Shown in pieces: positions 17,964-26,484 of a stretch of DNA of 64,000 bases. Within the stretch, counting starts at the first letter, position 1, and the number at the start of each line of letters is the position of its first letter. The position numbers and the translations under genes were made by a program. The notes under the pieces were generated by a model. That model was not told where the DNA came from. It saw only the letters and a list, made by a program, of their open reading frames with translations, and did no database searches. Origin of the DNA: Alphaproteobacteria bacterium (GTDB lineage Bacteria > Pseudomonadota > Alphaproteobacteria > SHVR01); contig SHVR01000008.1 in NCBI GenBank assembly GCA_009694185.1, positions 2,350-66,349 of the forward strand, given 5' to 3'.

Positions 17964-19553
17964 TTACTTCTTCTCGACGTTCCAAAAGAGGACCGTGGTT
18001 GGCGTATCGAGGAGGCCTGTCACGTTCTCGCGATACGCCTGGGGCTGGGTGTATTCGCCGATCGGCAGATAGGCACCGATCTCGTAGGCGCGCTTCTGGG
18101 CATCCACGGCGATCATGCGCTGCTTGGCCGGATCGGTCTCCTTGGCGAAGGCGACCCGCATGTCCTCAAGCGGCTTGTCGTCGACCCAGCCGAACCAGCC
18201 TCGCTCCTTGCCGCCGGCATTGAAGCCCGCGTTCATCACCGGGTTCAAGAGGTCGGCCGCCGTCCAATTGGTGTGAAACAGGTTCCAGCCGCCTTGGGCC
18301 GTCGGTTCCTTCTTGGCGCGCCGTCCGACCAGGGTCTGCCAGTCCATGGCCTGCATGTCGACCTTCATGCCGATCCGCTCCAGCGCCTGCTTGGAGACGA
18401 CCGGATAGGCGGCAATCGAGCTGACGTCGGTCGGCGCGATCAGCACCACCGGGGTGCCGTCATAGCCGGCTTCCTTGAGGAGCTGGCGACCTTTTTCGAG
18501 GTTGCCCTTGAGTTTGCCTTCGGCGCCCGCGTCGCTCGAGTAGGGAGTCTCGCAGACATACATCGCCGGGCACGCCTGGTAGTATTTCGGATTGCCGATC
18601 CACGCCTTCTGATAGTCGACCTGGTTGATGGCGTAGGCCACCGCCTCGCGAATCTTGGGATTGTCGAAGGGCGGGTGCAAATGGTTGAACCGCAGCATCC
18701 CCTGCAGGCCGTACTTGTTGTGGACATGCAGCTTGATGCCCTTGGCCTTTTCGAGGATCGGCAGCAGGTCGTGGGGCGGCGACTCGACGAAATCGATTTC
18801 GCCGGCAATGAGGGCGTTGACCGCCGTCATGTGGTCGGAAATCGCGATCCACTCGACCTTGTCGACCTTGACCACTTTGCCGCCGGAGGCCCAGCTCGGC
18901 GGCTCCTTGCGCGGGATATAGTTGGTGTTCTTGACGTAAACCGTCTTGACACCCGGCTGGAACTCGGCGGCCACGAACTTGAACGGGCCGGAGCCGATCT
19001 GTTCCTTCACCTGCTCGGTGTGCGGCGTATCGGCCATTCGCTTGGGCATCATGAAGGGGACGTTGGAGCTGACCTTGGCGAGAGAGTCGATGACCAGGCC
19101 ATAGGGTTCCGTGAGCGTGATGGTGAAGGTCTTCCGGTCGACCGCCGCTATGTCCTTCACGAAGCGCATGAGCATCTGGCCCATGCTGTCCGACTTGGCC
19201 CAGCGCTGGACCGACGCGATGCAGTCCTCCGCCGTGACCGGCGGCCCGTCATGCCATTTGAGGCCCTCTCGCAATGTGAAGCTGTAGGTCAGCTTGTCGG
19301 CGCTGACATTCCAAGTGTCCACCATCTGCGGCTGCGCCTCGAACTTGTCGTTCTGGGCAAAGAGGGTGTCGTAAATCATGTAGCCATGATTGCGTGTGAT
19401 ATAGGCCGTGGTGACGACCGGGTCGAGCACCCGAAGCGCGCTGTGCTTCACCACCTTCAGCACGGTCTCGGCGGCGGCCGGCGTGGGCGCCAATGCCGCA
19501 AGAGACACGGCGCCGACAAGGGCCGTCGCCAATAGGGCACGGTGCGTGGTCAT
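17964..19553 (-). CDS. ABC transporter substrate-binding protein, family 5 (peptide/nickel)
   Basis: Signal peptide MTTHRALLATALVGAVSLAALAPTPAAA, preceded by GAGGGAGG 8 nt upstream. The ORF extension to 19805 is rejected. Confidence 0.85.
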   Translation of the reverse strand: MTTHRALLATALVGAVSLAALAPTPAAAETVLKVVKHSALRVLDPVVTTAYITRNHGYMIYDTLFAQNDKFEAQPQMVDTWNVSADKLTYSFTLREGLKWHDGPPVTAEDCIASVQRWAKSDSMGQMLMRFVKDIAAVDRKTFTITLTEPYGLVIDSLAKVSSNVPFMMPKRMADTPHTEQVKEQIGSGPFKFVAAEFQPGVKTVYVKNTNYIPRKEPPSWASGGKVVKVDKVEWIAISDHMTAVNALIAGEIDFVESPPHDLLPILEKAKGIKLHVHNKYGLQGMLRFNHLHPPFDNPKIREAVAYAINQVDYQKAWIGNPKYYQACPAMYVCETPYSSDAGAEGKLKGNLEKGRQLLKEAGYDGTPVVLIAPTDVSSIAAYPVVSKQALERIGMKVDMQAMDWQTLVGRRAKKEPTAQGGWNLFHTNWTAADLLNPVMNAGFNAGGKERGWFGWVDDKPLEDMRVAFAKETDPAKQRMIAVDAQKRAYEIGAYLPIGEYTQPQAYRENVTGLLDTPTTVLFWNVEKK

Positions 19554-19665
19554 GTCGAGAACCTCCCTCGGTCTTCGCGCGGCCGCAAGGGCGCGGCCGG
19601 TTTGGCGATTACACCATGGGGGCGAGATCAACGCCAGCCGTCCCCCCCGGCGCCAGGATGGCTCT

Positions 19666-20262
19666 TCAGGGCGAGGCCGAGGCCACCAAGTCGAGGCGCC
19701 ATCCGTCGCCCTCCCGCTCGAAGTGGAGCGGCGTGGCGTTGGCCACCACCAAGTCGGACAGCACCATGCCGAGTGCCCCCGCGAGCACGCGGAGCGTACC
19801 GCCATGGGCGACGATCAGCGGCATCGCCCCCCGGCCCAAGGCGTCGGCGAGACCGGCCTTGGTGCGGGTGACGAAGGCAAAAAGCGATTCGCCGCCCGGC
19901 GGGTGGGCCGCCCAGTCGAGATGGACGTTGCTGGCACCCGCGAACCGGCCGAACACGCGCTCGCCCAGATTGGGCAGCACGCTGAGGGGCTTGGCTGTCA
20001 CGCGCGCCACCGTCTTGGCGGTCTCATGGGCGCGGCGGAAGTCGCTCGCGAAGATGCGCTCGAAGGGCGCGTCGCGGAGCACCTCGGCGGCGGCCTCGGC
20101 CTGGCGCCGCCCGGTCTCGTTCAGGGGATCGGTCGGCGACTGGATGATCTTGGCGTGATTGCCCAGGGTCTCGCCATGGCGCAGGAAGTAGAAACGCGGC
20201 AAAGATGGCCGCAGCGGCTCGACGCCAGCCAGGGCGTACAGCATTTCCAGATTGCCGGTCAT
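19666..20262 (-). CDS. histidine phosphatase family protein (phosphoglycerate mutase-like)
   Basis: FYFLRHGETLGN catalytic motif. 198 aa. Confidence 0.75.
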   Translation of the reverse strand: MTGNLEMLYALAGVEPLRPSLPRFYFLRHGETLGNHAKIIQSPTDPLNETGRRQAEAAAEVLRDAPFERIFASDFRRAHETAKTVARVTAKPLSVLPNLGERVFGRFAGASNVHLDWAAHPPGGESLFAFVTRTKAGLADALGRGAMPLIVAHGGTLRVLAGALGMVLSDLVVANATPLHFEREGDGWRLDLVASASP

Positions 20263-20345
20263 GAAGGCTCCCCGCGCCCTGTCCTTCGGCCACTGATTAC
20301 ACTATTTTTGAAAGCGCGCGCGAGACAAGGGCAAGGGGTCGTCCG

Positions 20346-20822
20346 ATGACACTTGAAAACGGCCGGGTCGAACCGATGCCGCCGAGCATCGACGACACCA
20401 TCGCCTTCATCCAGAAGGCGCATGCGGGCCAGGTCGACAAGGGCGGCAATCCTTATTGGCTGCACCCGGTCTCGGTGATGCGCCGTCTTGGCCCCGATGC
20501 CGCGGAGCCGGAGCGGCTTGTGGCACTCCTCCACGACATCATCGAGGATACGCCGGTGACGGCCAACGATTTGCGCGCCATGGGCTATGGCGACGACATT
20601 GTGGCGGCGGTCGAGATGCTTTCCCGCCCGCCCGGCCCCACTTACATGCAATGGGTGAAGTCGCTGGCGGCGTCGGGCAATCGGCTCGCGATCCGGGTCA
20701 AGATCGCCGATAACGAGGATAATTCGGACCCGGTCCGGATTGCCCTGTTGGCGCCCGAGCAACAAGGCATCGCCAAGCGCTATGCGGGCTCGCTCAGGGT
20801 GCTGCGCCAGGCTCTGGCATAA
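20346..20822 (+). CDS. HD-domain protein resembling small (p)ppGpp hydrolases (RelA/SpoT HD type)
   Basis: KAHAGQVDKGGNPYWLHPVSV ... LLHDIIEDT motifs. 158 aa. Confidence 0.65.
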   Translation: MTLENGRVEPMPPSIDDTIAFIQKAHAGQVDKGGNPYWLHPVSVMRRLGPDAAEPERLVALLHDIIEDTPVTANDLRAMGYGDDIVAAVEMLSRPPGPTYMQWVKSLAASGNRLAIRVKIADNEDNSDPVRIALLAPEQQGIAKRYAGSLRVLRQALA

Positions 20823-20827
20823 AGGCC

Positions 20828-21319
20828 GTGCCGATGGCGCTCGCGAACAGCTCGGTCCAACGGGTCCAGGCGGCCCTCCGGGAAGCCGGCTCGGCGGCGC
20901 GGGTGATCGAATTGGCCGCGACAGCGAGAAGCGCCCAGGACGCGGCCGCCAGCATCGGCTGCCCGCTCGGCGCCATCGTCAAGTCGCTGGTGTTCGTCGT
21001 CGGCGACCAGCCGGTCCTCGCCCTTGTGGCGGGCGACCGGCGCTGCGATACGGCGGTGCTCGGGTCCAGCATTGGTTTGGTGGGTCAGGCGCGGCGCGCC
21101 GATGCCGGCATGGTGCGCGCCGCCACGAGCTTTGCCATCGGCGGCGTCGCCCCGCTCGGTCACCCCTCGCGCCTGCCGGTGGTCGTGGATCAGAGTCTCG
21201 GTCGGTTCGCGTCCATCTATGCCGCCGCCGGGCACCCGCATTGCGTCTTCGAGACCAATGTTGGCGAGCTGGTTCGCGTGACCCGGGGCGTCCTCAGCCC
21301 CGAACTCGCCATCCCATAG
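20828..21319 (+). CDS. YbaK/EbsC-type aminoacyl-tRNA deacylase domain protein
   Basis: About 160 aa with SAQDAAASIGCPLGAIVKSLVFVVGD and FAIGGVAPLGH, typical of YbaK-like editing domains. Confidence 0.7.
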   Translation: MPMALANSSVQRVQAALREAGSAARVIELAATARSAQDAAASIGCPLGAIVKSLVFVVGDQPVLALVAGDRRCDTAVLGSSIGLVGQARRADAGMVRAATSFAIGGVAPLGHPSRLPVVVDQSLGRFASIYAAAGHPHCVFETNVGELVRVTRGVLSPELAIP

Positions 21320-21336
21320 GAGGGGGGAACCGGACC

Positions 21337-21789
21337 ATGCAATGTCGCCGCCCGGTAATCGAAGCGTGGCTGATCGTGGCATGGCTGGCGGCATTGCTGC
21401 TCGGCCCCCCGGGCATGGCCGGGGCGGCCGAGGTTTCCGCCGCCGACCGGTCGGAGATCCAGGCTGTCATCGGCCGCCAGGTCGAGGCGTTTCGCCAGGA
21501 TGACGCCGCACTCGCCTTCGGTTTGGCGGCACCCACCATCCAGGCCCAGTTTGGCACGGCGGAGAACTTCCTTGCCATGGTACGGACGGCCTATCCGGCG
21601 GTCTATCGGCCGCGGCGCTTCGAGTTCCGCGAACTCATCGATCTGGACGGCGTGCCGGCCCAGACGGTGCTGGTGGTGGGTCCCGACGGCCGGCCGAAAC
21701 TGGCGATCTATCCGATGGAGCGGCTTCAGACCGGCGAATGGCGGATCGGCGGCTGCTATCTGGTGGAGCTCCCCGGCACCGATACTTAG
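21337..21789 (+). CDS. DUF4864-like secreted protein
   Basis: A signal-like N-terminus is followed by IQAVIGRQVEAFRQDDAALAFGLAAPTIQAQFGTAENFLAMVRTAYPAVYRP. The DUF4864 assignment is from memory of that family. Confidence 0.55.
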   Translation: MQCRRPVIEAWLIVAWLAALLLGPPGMAGAAEVSAADRSEIQAVIGRQVEAFRQDDAALAFGLAAPTIQAQFGTAENFLAMVRTAYPAVYRPRRFEFRELIDLDGVPAQTVLVVGPDGRPKLAIYPMERLQTGEWRIGGCYLVELPGTDT

Positions 21790-21812
21790 AGCCTAGTCCG
21801 TGGCTGGCCCCG

Positions 21813-22991
21813 TCACGCCAGCATCGCCCCCGGCCGCCAGTTGCGGCCGAGCAGCAGGGCGGCCCCGGCGCTCGCCGCCGAGAGGCCCGCCATGACGAGA
21901 AACGCGCCGCTGCCCCAGGCCGCGTACATGTGGCCCGAGAACAGGGTCGTGAGGCCGACAATGACCCCCATGCTGAGCGAGGAATAGAGTGCCTGGGCGC
22001 TGCCGGCGACGGTGGCCGGTATGGCGTTCTGGAGCAGGTAGGTGGCACCCAGATGGGTGGCGCCAAAAGTCAGTGCGTGCAGAAGCTGCAGGGCGGCCAG
22101 CGCCCAATAGGCGTCGGCATAAGCGAGGCCCAGCCAGCGCGCGAGGCCGGCCGCGGCGCCGACGACCAGCATGGCGATGGGGCCGATGCGGCGGGTGAGC
22201 CCGCCGGCGACCGCAAACAGGACGATCTCGCCCACCACGCCCAAGGCCCAGAGCAGGCCAATGGCGTCGTCGCCATGGCCGAGTGCTCGCCAATGCAGGG
22301 TGCCGAAGCCGTGCAGGATGCTGTGGCTTGCCATGTTGAGGGCGGCCGCGAGCACCATCAGGAGAAAGAGCGGCCGCGCGAGCAGCCTGCGGACGGGCCG
22401 GCTCCGGGGCGGGCTGGGCGGCATCTCGGGTGCCGGCAGAAATTGGGTCGCAATCGCGGTGGCGGCAATGCAGCCCGCAATCAGCCAGAGGATCAGGGAT
22501 TCCGGCCGGCCGGCGATCAGCCAGCCGGCGCCGACCGACGCGGCGATGAAGGAAACCGAGCCCCAGAGGCGGAGCCTGCCATAGTCGAGGCCCTGTTGGC
22601 GCATGGTCGCGAGCGACAGGCTCTCGGCGAGCGGCATCACCGGCGCGTAGATGGCGACATAGAGGCTCATCAGGAGCAGCACCGGCCAGAAGCCCTGGGC
22701 GAAGCCGAGCGGCAGGCAAGCGAGGAAGCCGCCGATGGCGAGGCCCTGTACCAGGCGGCGCCGCGCGCCCAGGCGGTCGGCGAGGGCTGCTACCAGCGGG
22801 TTCACGGCCACGCGAACCGCCATCATGGTGGCGAGCACGAAGCCGATTTCGCGGGCATCGAGGCCGCGCGAGGCGAGCCATACCGGCGTGAACGGAACCG
22901 AGATGCCGACCGCCGAAAACAACGCGGCATAGTAGCAGGCGAGCCTGCGCGCTGCGCGATCCGTGCTCATCTCGGCCGATCGGCGTGGCAA
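21813..22991 (-). CDS. MFS transporter
   Basis: 392 aa with about 12 predicted hydrophobic segments. The general composition fits the major facilitator superfamily. Confidence 0.8.
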   Translation of the reverse strand: MPRRSAEMSTDRAARRLACYYAALFSAVGISVPFTPVWLASRGLDAREIGFVLATMMAVRVAVNPLVAALADRLGARRRLVQGLAIGGFLACLPLGFAQGFWPVLLLMSLYVAIYAPVMPLAESLSLATMRQQGLDYGRLRLWGSVSFIAASVGAGWLIAGRPESLILWLIAGCIAATAIATQFLPAPEMPPSPPRSRPVRRLLARPLFLLMVLAAALNMASHSILHGFGTLHWRALGHGDDAIGLLWALGVVGEIVLFAVAGGLTRRIGPIAMLVVGAAAGLARWLGLAYADAYWALAALQLLHALTFGATHLGATYLLQNAIPATVAGSAQALYSSLSMGVIVGLTTLFSGHMYAAWGSGAFLVMAGLSAASAGAALLLGRNWRPGAMLA

Positions 22992-23047
22992 TTGCCGCCC
23001 GCATCGTGTAAGAGCGCCCGGTCGCGAGTGTGGGAGGGTGGTCGGCG

Positions 23048-23569
23048 ATGACGGAGTGGCAAGACGATATTCATCGGATTTTGCGCGACGCCGACATTCG
23101 CCAGGTCTGCTATGTGCCGGATGCCGGGCACAGCCGGCTGATCGAGTTGTGCGAAGCCGATCCGGCCATATCGTCGACTTTACTCAGCACCGAGGAGGAA
23201 GGCGTGGCGCACCTCGCCGGCGCCTGGCTCGGGGGCCAGAAGGGCGCCTTGCTCATGCAGTCGAGCGGGGTCGGCAATTGCATCAACATGCTCTCACTCA
23301 CCAAGACCTGCGCCTTTCCCCTGCTGATGCTGATCACCATGCGTGGCGAATGGGGCGAGTTCAACCCTTGGCAGGTGCCCATGGGATCGACCACCCAGCA
23401 GCATCTGGAACTCGCGGGTTGCAAAGTCTATCGCTGCGATGCGCCGGGGGAGGTTGCGGAGACGATCGGCACCGGTGCCCGTTTCTGCTGGTATACCAGC
23501 TCGGCGGTGGCGGTGCTGCTCGGCCAGCGCCTGATCGGCGCCAAGATCTTCGTGGAGGACGGCCGATGA
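23048..23569 (+). CDS. thiamine-diphosphate enzyme, N-terminal (pyrimidine-binding) subunit, sulfopyruvate/phosphonopyruvate decarboxylase alpha-like
   Basis: VCYVPDAGHSRLIE...STEEEGVAHLAGAWLGGQKGALLMQSSGVGNCINML. GGGAGGG lies upstream of the ATG at 23048. Confidence 0.7.
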   Translation: MTEWQDDIHRILRDADIRQVCYVPDAGHSRLIELCEADPAISSTLLSTEEEGVAHLAGAWLGGQKGALLMQSSGVGNCINMLSLTKTCAFPLLMLITMRGEWGEFNPWQVPMGSTTQQHLELAGCKVYRCDAPGEVAETIGTGARFCWYTSSAVAVLLGQRLIGAKIFVEDGR

Positions 23570-24156
23570 GCGCGGACCATAGCCTGAACCGGCGCGCCGT
23601 GGTGAAGAGCCTGCTCTCGAACCGGGGCGACATGCTGGTGGTGGCCGGTCTCGGCCAGTGCACCTATGACTGCTTTGCGGCCGGCGACGATCCGCGCACC
23701 TTCTATCTCTGGGGCGCCATGGGCGGCGCGGTGCCGGTCGGGCTCGGCATGGCGATCGCCCAGCCGGAGCGGCGGGTGATGGTGATCACCGGCGACGGCG
23801 AACTGCTGATGGGCCTGGGCAGCCTGGCCACGGTCGCGGCCAAGGCGCCGAACAACATGGCGGTCGTGGTGTTGGACAATGAGCGCTATGGCGAGACCGG
23901 CCAGCAACCGACCCACACCGCCATGGGCACCGACCTTGCCGGGGTGGCCCGCGCGGCCGGTTTCAAGTCGGCGCTCGTCATCGCGGACGAATCCGGCCTG
24001 CCGGCGGCGATCATGGCCGCCCGCGAGGCGCCGGGGCCGGTCCTCGTGGTCGTCAAGGTGAGTGCCGCGCCGGAGCCGAGGGCGTTGCCGCCGACCGATG
24101 GCGCCTATCTCAAGCACCGCTTCCGCGAGGCGGTGGTCGGCAAGGCGACCGTGTAG
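23566..24156 (+). CDS. thiamine-diphosphate enzyme, C-terminal (diphosphate-binding) subunit, decarboxylase beta-like
   Basis: GAMGGAVPVGLGMA...ITGDGELLMGLGSLATV...VVVLDNERYGETG is a TPP-binding motif. The ATG overlaps the upstream stop as ATGA. Confidence 0.7.
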   Translation: MSADHSLNRRAVVKSLLSNRGDMLVVAGLGQCTYDCFAAGDDPRTFYLWGAMGGAVPVGLGMAIAQPERRVMVITGDGELLMGLGSLATVAAKAPNNMAVVVLDNERYGETGQQPTHTAMGTDLAGVARAAGFKSALVIADESGLPAAIMAAREAPGPVLVVVKVSAAPEPRALPPTDGAYLKHRFREAVVGKATV

Positions 24157-24194
24157 TCAGGGCGGGCGCCCCGACCTGTTCTTCGACCAAGCTC

Positions 24195-24509
24195 TCAGCG
24201 ATCTGGGTGAGCCTCCATATAGGCCCGCAACACGGCGTTGATGCGAGTCTGGTAGCCACGGCCTTGGCCCCGGAAATAGGCCATCACGTCGCGATCGAGG
24301 CGGAGCCCCACCCGCTCCTTCGGCACCGGCACCACCAGGCGGGCAGTCTTCCAGAAATTGGCGTCCGCCATGCTTTGATCGGGGTCGGACTTCACGGCGT
24401 GCCGAATCTCGGTGTCGGTCAGCGACCGCACCCGCCGCCAGTCAGTCAGGCTCTTCCGGTGCCCGAGTTCGGCGCTGGAGATGCGTGTGATAGAGCCTTT
24501 CTTCGGCAC
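24195..24509 (-). CDS. brnA: BrnA/DUF4415-type antitoxin
   Basis: My hand translation gives SLTDWRRVRSLTDTEIRHAVKSDPD...KERVGLRLDRDVMAYFRGQGRGYQTRINAVLRAYMEA. The GTG start is preceded by AAGGAGGG. Confidence 0.75.
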   Translation of the reverse strand: MPKKGSITRISSAELGHRKSLTDWRRVRSLTDTEIRHAVKSDPDQSMADANFWKTARLVVPVPKERVGLRLDRDVMAYFRGQGRGYQTRINAVLRAYMEAHPDR

Positions 24510-24747
24510 GGCTTGCCCTCCTTGCGCTGATGATCCGGCGTGCATCCCGGCGGGGGCTATAGACGACATACAGCATGTCTTCGCCGCACATTCCGATGGC
24601 CCGAATGCGGTGCTCGCCATAGTTCCGTCTACGATCTTCTGTCTCGAACTCCGGGAAACTTGCTTCGAAGATGCGGGCGGCGTCCGCAAAGTCGATGCCA
24701 TGCTTACGGCGGTTGGCGCGGCTCTTCCGGTCATCCCATTCTTACAT
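24442..24747 (-). pseudogene. brnT: BrnT/DUF497-type toxin with a TAA stop at codon 2
   Basis: The reverse-strand frame reads ATG TAA GAA TGG GAT..., giving M-stop-EWDDRKSRANRRKHGIDFADAARIFE...YGEHRIRAIGMCGEDMLYVVYSPRRDARRIISARRA. The next in-frame start is the Met in IGMCGED. Confidence 0.65.
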
Positions 24748-24800
24748 GGCTATTTTGCGCCGAACGCCAGCGCCATCGTCAAGACAATTGTGGCCACACG
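24748..24800 (-). promoter_or_regulatory. candidate brnTA promoter/operator
   Basis: The minus strand reads TGTGGCCACA (10-bp palindrome), ACAATTGT (8-bp palindrome), TTGACG, 17-19 nt, CAAAAT, then AGCC-ATG. Confidence 0.25.
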
Positions 24801-24950
24801 GCCATCAAGGCGGCGCTGGAGGCGCCGGGGCCGGTCCTGGTGGTGGTCAAGGTCGGCGCCGCGCCGGAGCCCATGGCGCCGCCGCCCAAGGACGGCGCCT
24901 ATCTCAAGCACCGCTTCCGCGCGGCGGTGGTGGGCAAGGCGGCCCTATAG
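24801..24950 (+). pseudogene. orphan duplicate of the last 49 codons of the decarboxylase beta-like gene
   Basis: AIKAALEAPGPVLVVVKVGAAPEPMAPPPKDGAYLKHRFRAAVVGKAAL-stop aligns with 24007..24156. About 125 of 150 nt are identical by my hand alignment. Confidence 0.7.
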
Positions 24951-24972
24951 CCGCCCTGCCGCTGGTCTTCCG

Positions 24973-25404
24973 CTACGACGCCGGCCGCTCGCAGGGCACG
25001 GTGTCCATCTTGGCCGGCACCGAGAGTTCCAGGATCTCCACATCGGCGGAGGTCGCGATCTCGTTATGCTTCATGCCGCCCGGGATGAACAGCGACTCGC
25101 CGGCCTTGAGGTGGACCTTCTTGCCGCCCTCGAATTCGAGGTCGGCCCAACCCTTGAGGGCATAGACGAACTGCCCCTCGCAGGCATGATAATGCCAGCC
25201 GGTCGGCTCGGTCATGCCGGTGATGGCGGTCATGGTCTGGGCGCGCAGCCGGCCTTGGCTCGCGTCGGTCACACCCAAGTCCCGGTACTCGAAGAAAGTA
25301 CGCCGGCCCGGCGCCGACTTCGCCGTGGCGGCAGTCGCATGGGCGAGCGTCATCTTGGAAGTCGCGGCCTTGGGCTTTTCCTTCACGCGGGTGCTGGACG
25401 TCAT
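24973..25404 (-). CDS. cupin domain protein
   Basis: GWHYHACEGQFVYALKGWADLEF...GESLFIPGGMKHNE are the two cupin motifs. GGAGA lies upstream of the ATG at 25404. Confidence 0.7.
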   Translation of the reverse strand: MTSSTRVKEKPKAATSKMTLAHATAATAKSAPGRRTFFEYRDLGVTDASQGRLRAQTMTAITGMTEPTGWHYHACEGQFVYALKGWADLEFEGGKKVHLKAGESLFIPGGMKHNEIATSADVEILELSVPAKMDTVPCERPAS

Positions 25405-25551
25405 GTCGTGGTCTCCATGCTGCCTGGGGTGATCGTCGTACAGCATAACGCCAGCCGGCCGAGATCCAAAATGTCCCGATGCGGTTGATCCGGCCCCGCC
25501 CTTCGGACAGGATAGCCCCTGACCTATTCCGTGGCCGGGAGCGGCGAACCC

Positions 25552-26460
25552 ATGGCGACCGAGATTCCCTTCAATCGGAGCTTCGAGATCGAACCCGACC
25601 GGGTCTACGCGCTATCGCCGCTGTTGCGCCGGATCACGGCGAAGAATCCGAGCAACTTCACCTTTCGCGGCACCAATACCTACATCGTCGGGCAGGGCCG
25701 GGTGGCGGTGGTCGATCCGGGCCCCGACCGGCCGGAGCATACCGAGGCGATTTTGGCGGCGCTCGCGGGCGAGACCGTCAGCCACATCCTAGTGACTCAC
25801 ACCCACATGGATCATTCGCCGGGCGTGCCGGCGCTCAAAGCCAGGACCGGCGCGCCGGTCTATGGTTATGGCCCGCACGGCGTCGGCGTGCCGGGTGACT
25901 GGCCATGGCCGGCACCCGAGGGTGGCGACTTGAACTTCCGGCCCGATGTGCGGATTGGCGACGGCGCCCTGGTCCGGGGAGACGGCTGGACGCTCGAGGC
26001 CGTCTTCACGCCCGGCCATATCTCCAACCACCTCTGCTTTCAGCTCCGCGAAGAGAATGTCCTGCTCTCGGGCGACCATGTCATGGGCTGGTCGACCTCG
26101 GTCATCTCGCCGCCGGACGGCAACATGACCGACTATATGGCGAGCCTCGCCAAGCTGCTCGGCCGGGGCGAGCGGCGCTATTGGCCGGGCCATGGCGGGC
26201 CGGTCGAGGATCCGCGGCCGTTCGTCAAGGCCTTCATCGCCCATCGCCACGACCGCGAGCGGCAGATTCTCGACTGCCTCGCCGCTGGTCCCAAGACCAT
26301 CAAGGAGATGGTGCCGATCATGTATGCCGATGTGGCGCCGGCGCTGCATGGCGCGGCCGGCCGCTCGGTGCTGGCCCACCTGATTCACATGCATGGCGGC
26401 GGGCGCGTGGCGGCCGAAGGGGGCCGCGCCGGCCCCGACACGATCTATCGTCTGCCGTGA
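25552..26460 (+). CDS. MBL-fold metallo-hydrolase
   Basis: HILVTHTHMDHSPG metal-binding motif. About 300 aa. Confidence 0.8.
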   Translation: MATEIPFNRSFEIEPDRVYALSPLLRRITAKNPSNFTFRGTNTYIVGQGRVAVVDPGPDRPEHTEAILAALAGETVSHILVTHTHMDHSPGVPALKARTGAPVYGYGPHGVGVPGDWPWPAPEGGDLNFRPDVRIGDGALVRGDGWTLEAVFTPGHISNHLCFQLREENVLLSGDHVMGWSTSVISPPDGNMTDYMASLAKLLGRGERRYWPGHGGPVEDPRPFVKAFIAHRHDRERQILDCLAAGPKTIKEMVPIMYADVAPALHGAAGRSVLAHLIHMHGGGRVAAEGGRAGPDTIYRLP

Positions 26461-26484
26461 TCGCCGGCCACGGACGCGAACGCC

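Noticed and set aside
19570-19610. A hairpin (CGGCCGC-N6-GCGGCCG on the transcribed strand) between the histidine phosphatase gene and the peptide ABC operon, considered as an intrinsic terminator or attenuator.
   Set aside because: No U-tract follows the stem. It may be only a GC-rich palindrome containing a NotI-like site, which is too weak to call.
24195-24734. A 179-aa ORF that could be read as a single protein covering the TA locus.
   Set aside because: Its N-terminal part is an out-of-frame reading across the BrnT-like gene. The recognisable antitoxin starts at the GTG at 24509, which has a strong Shine-Dalgarno.
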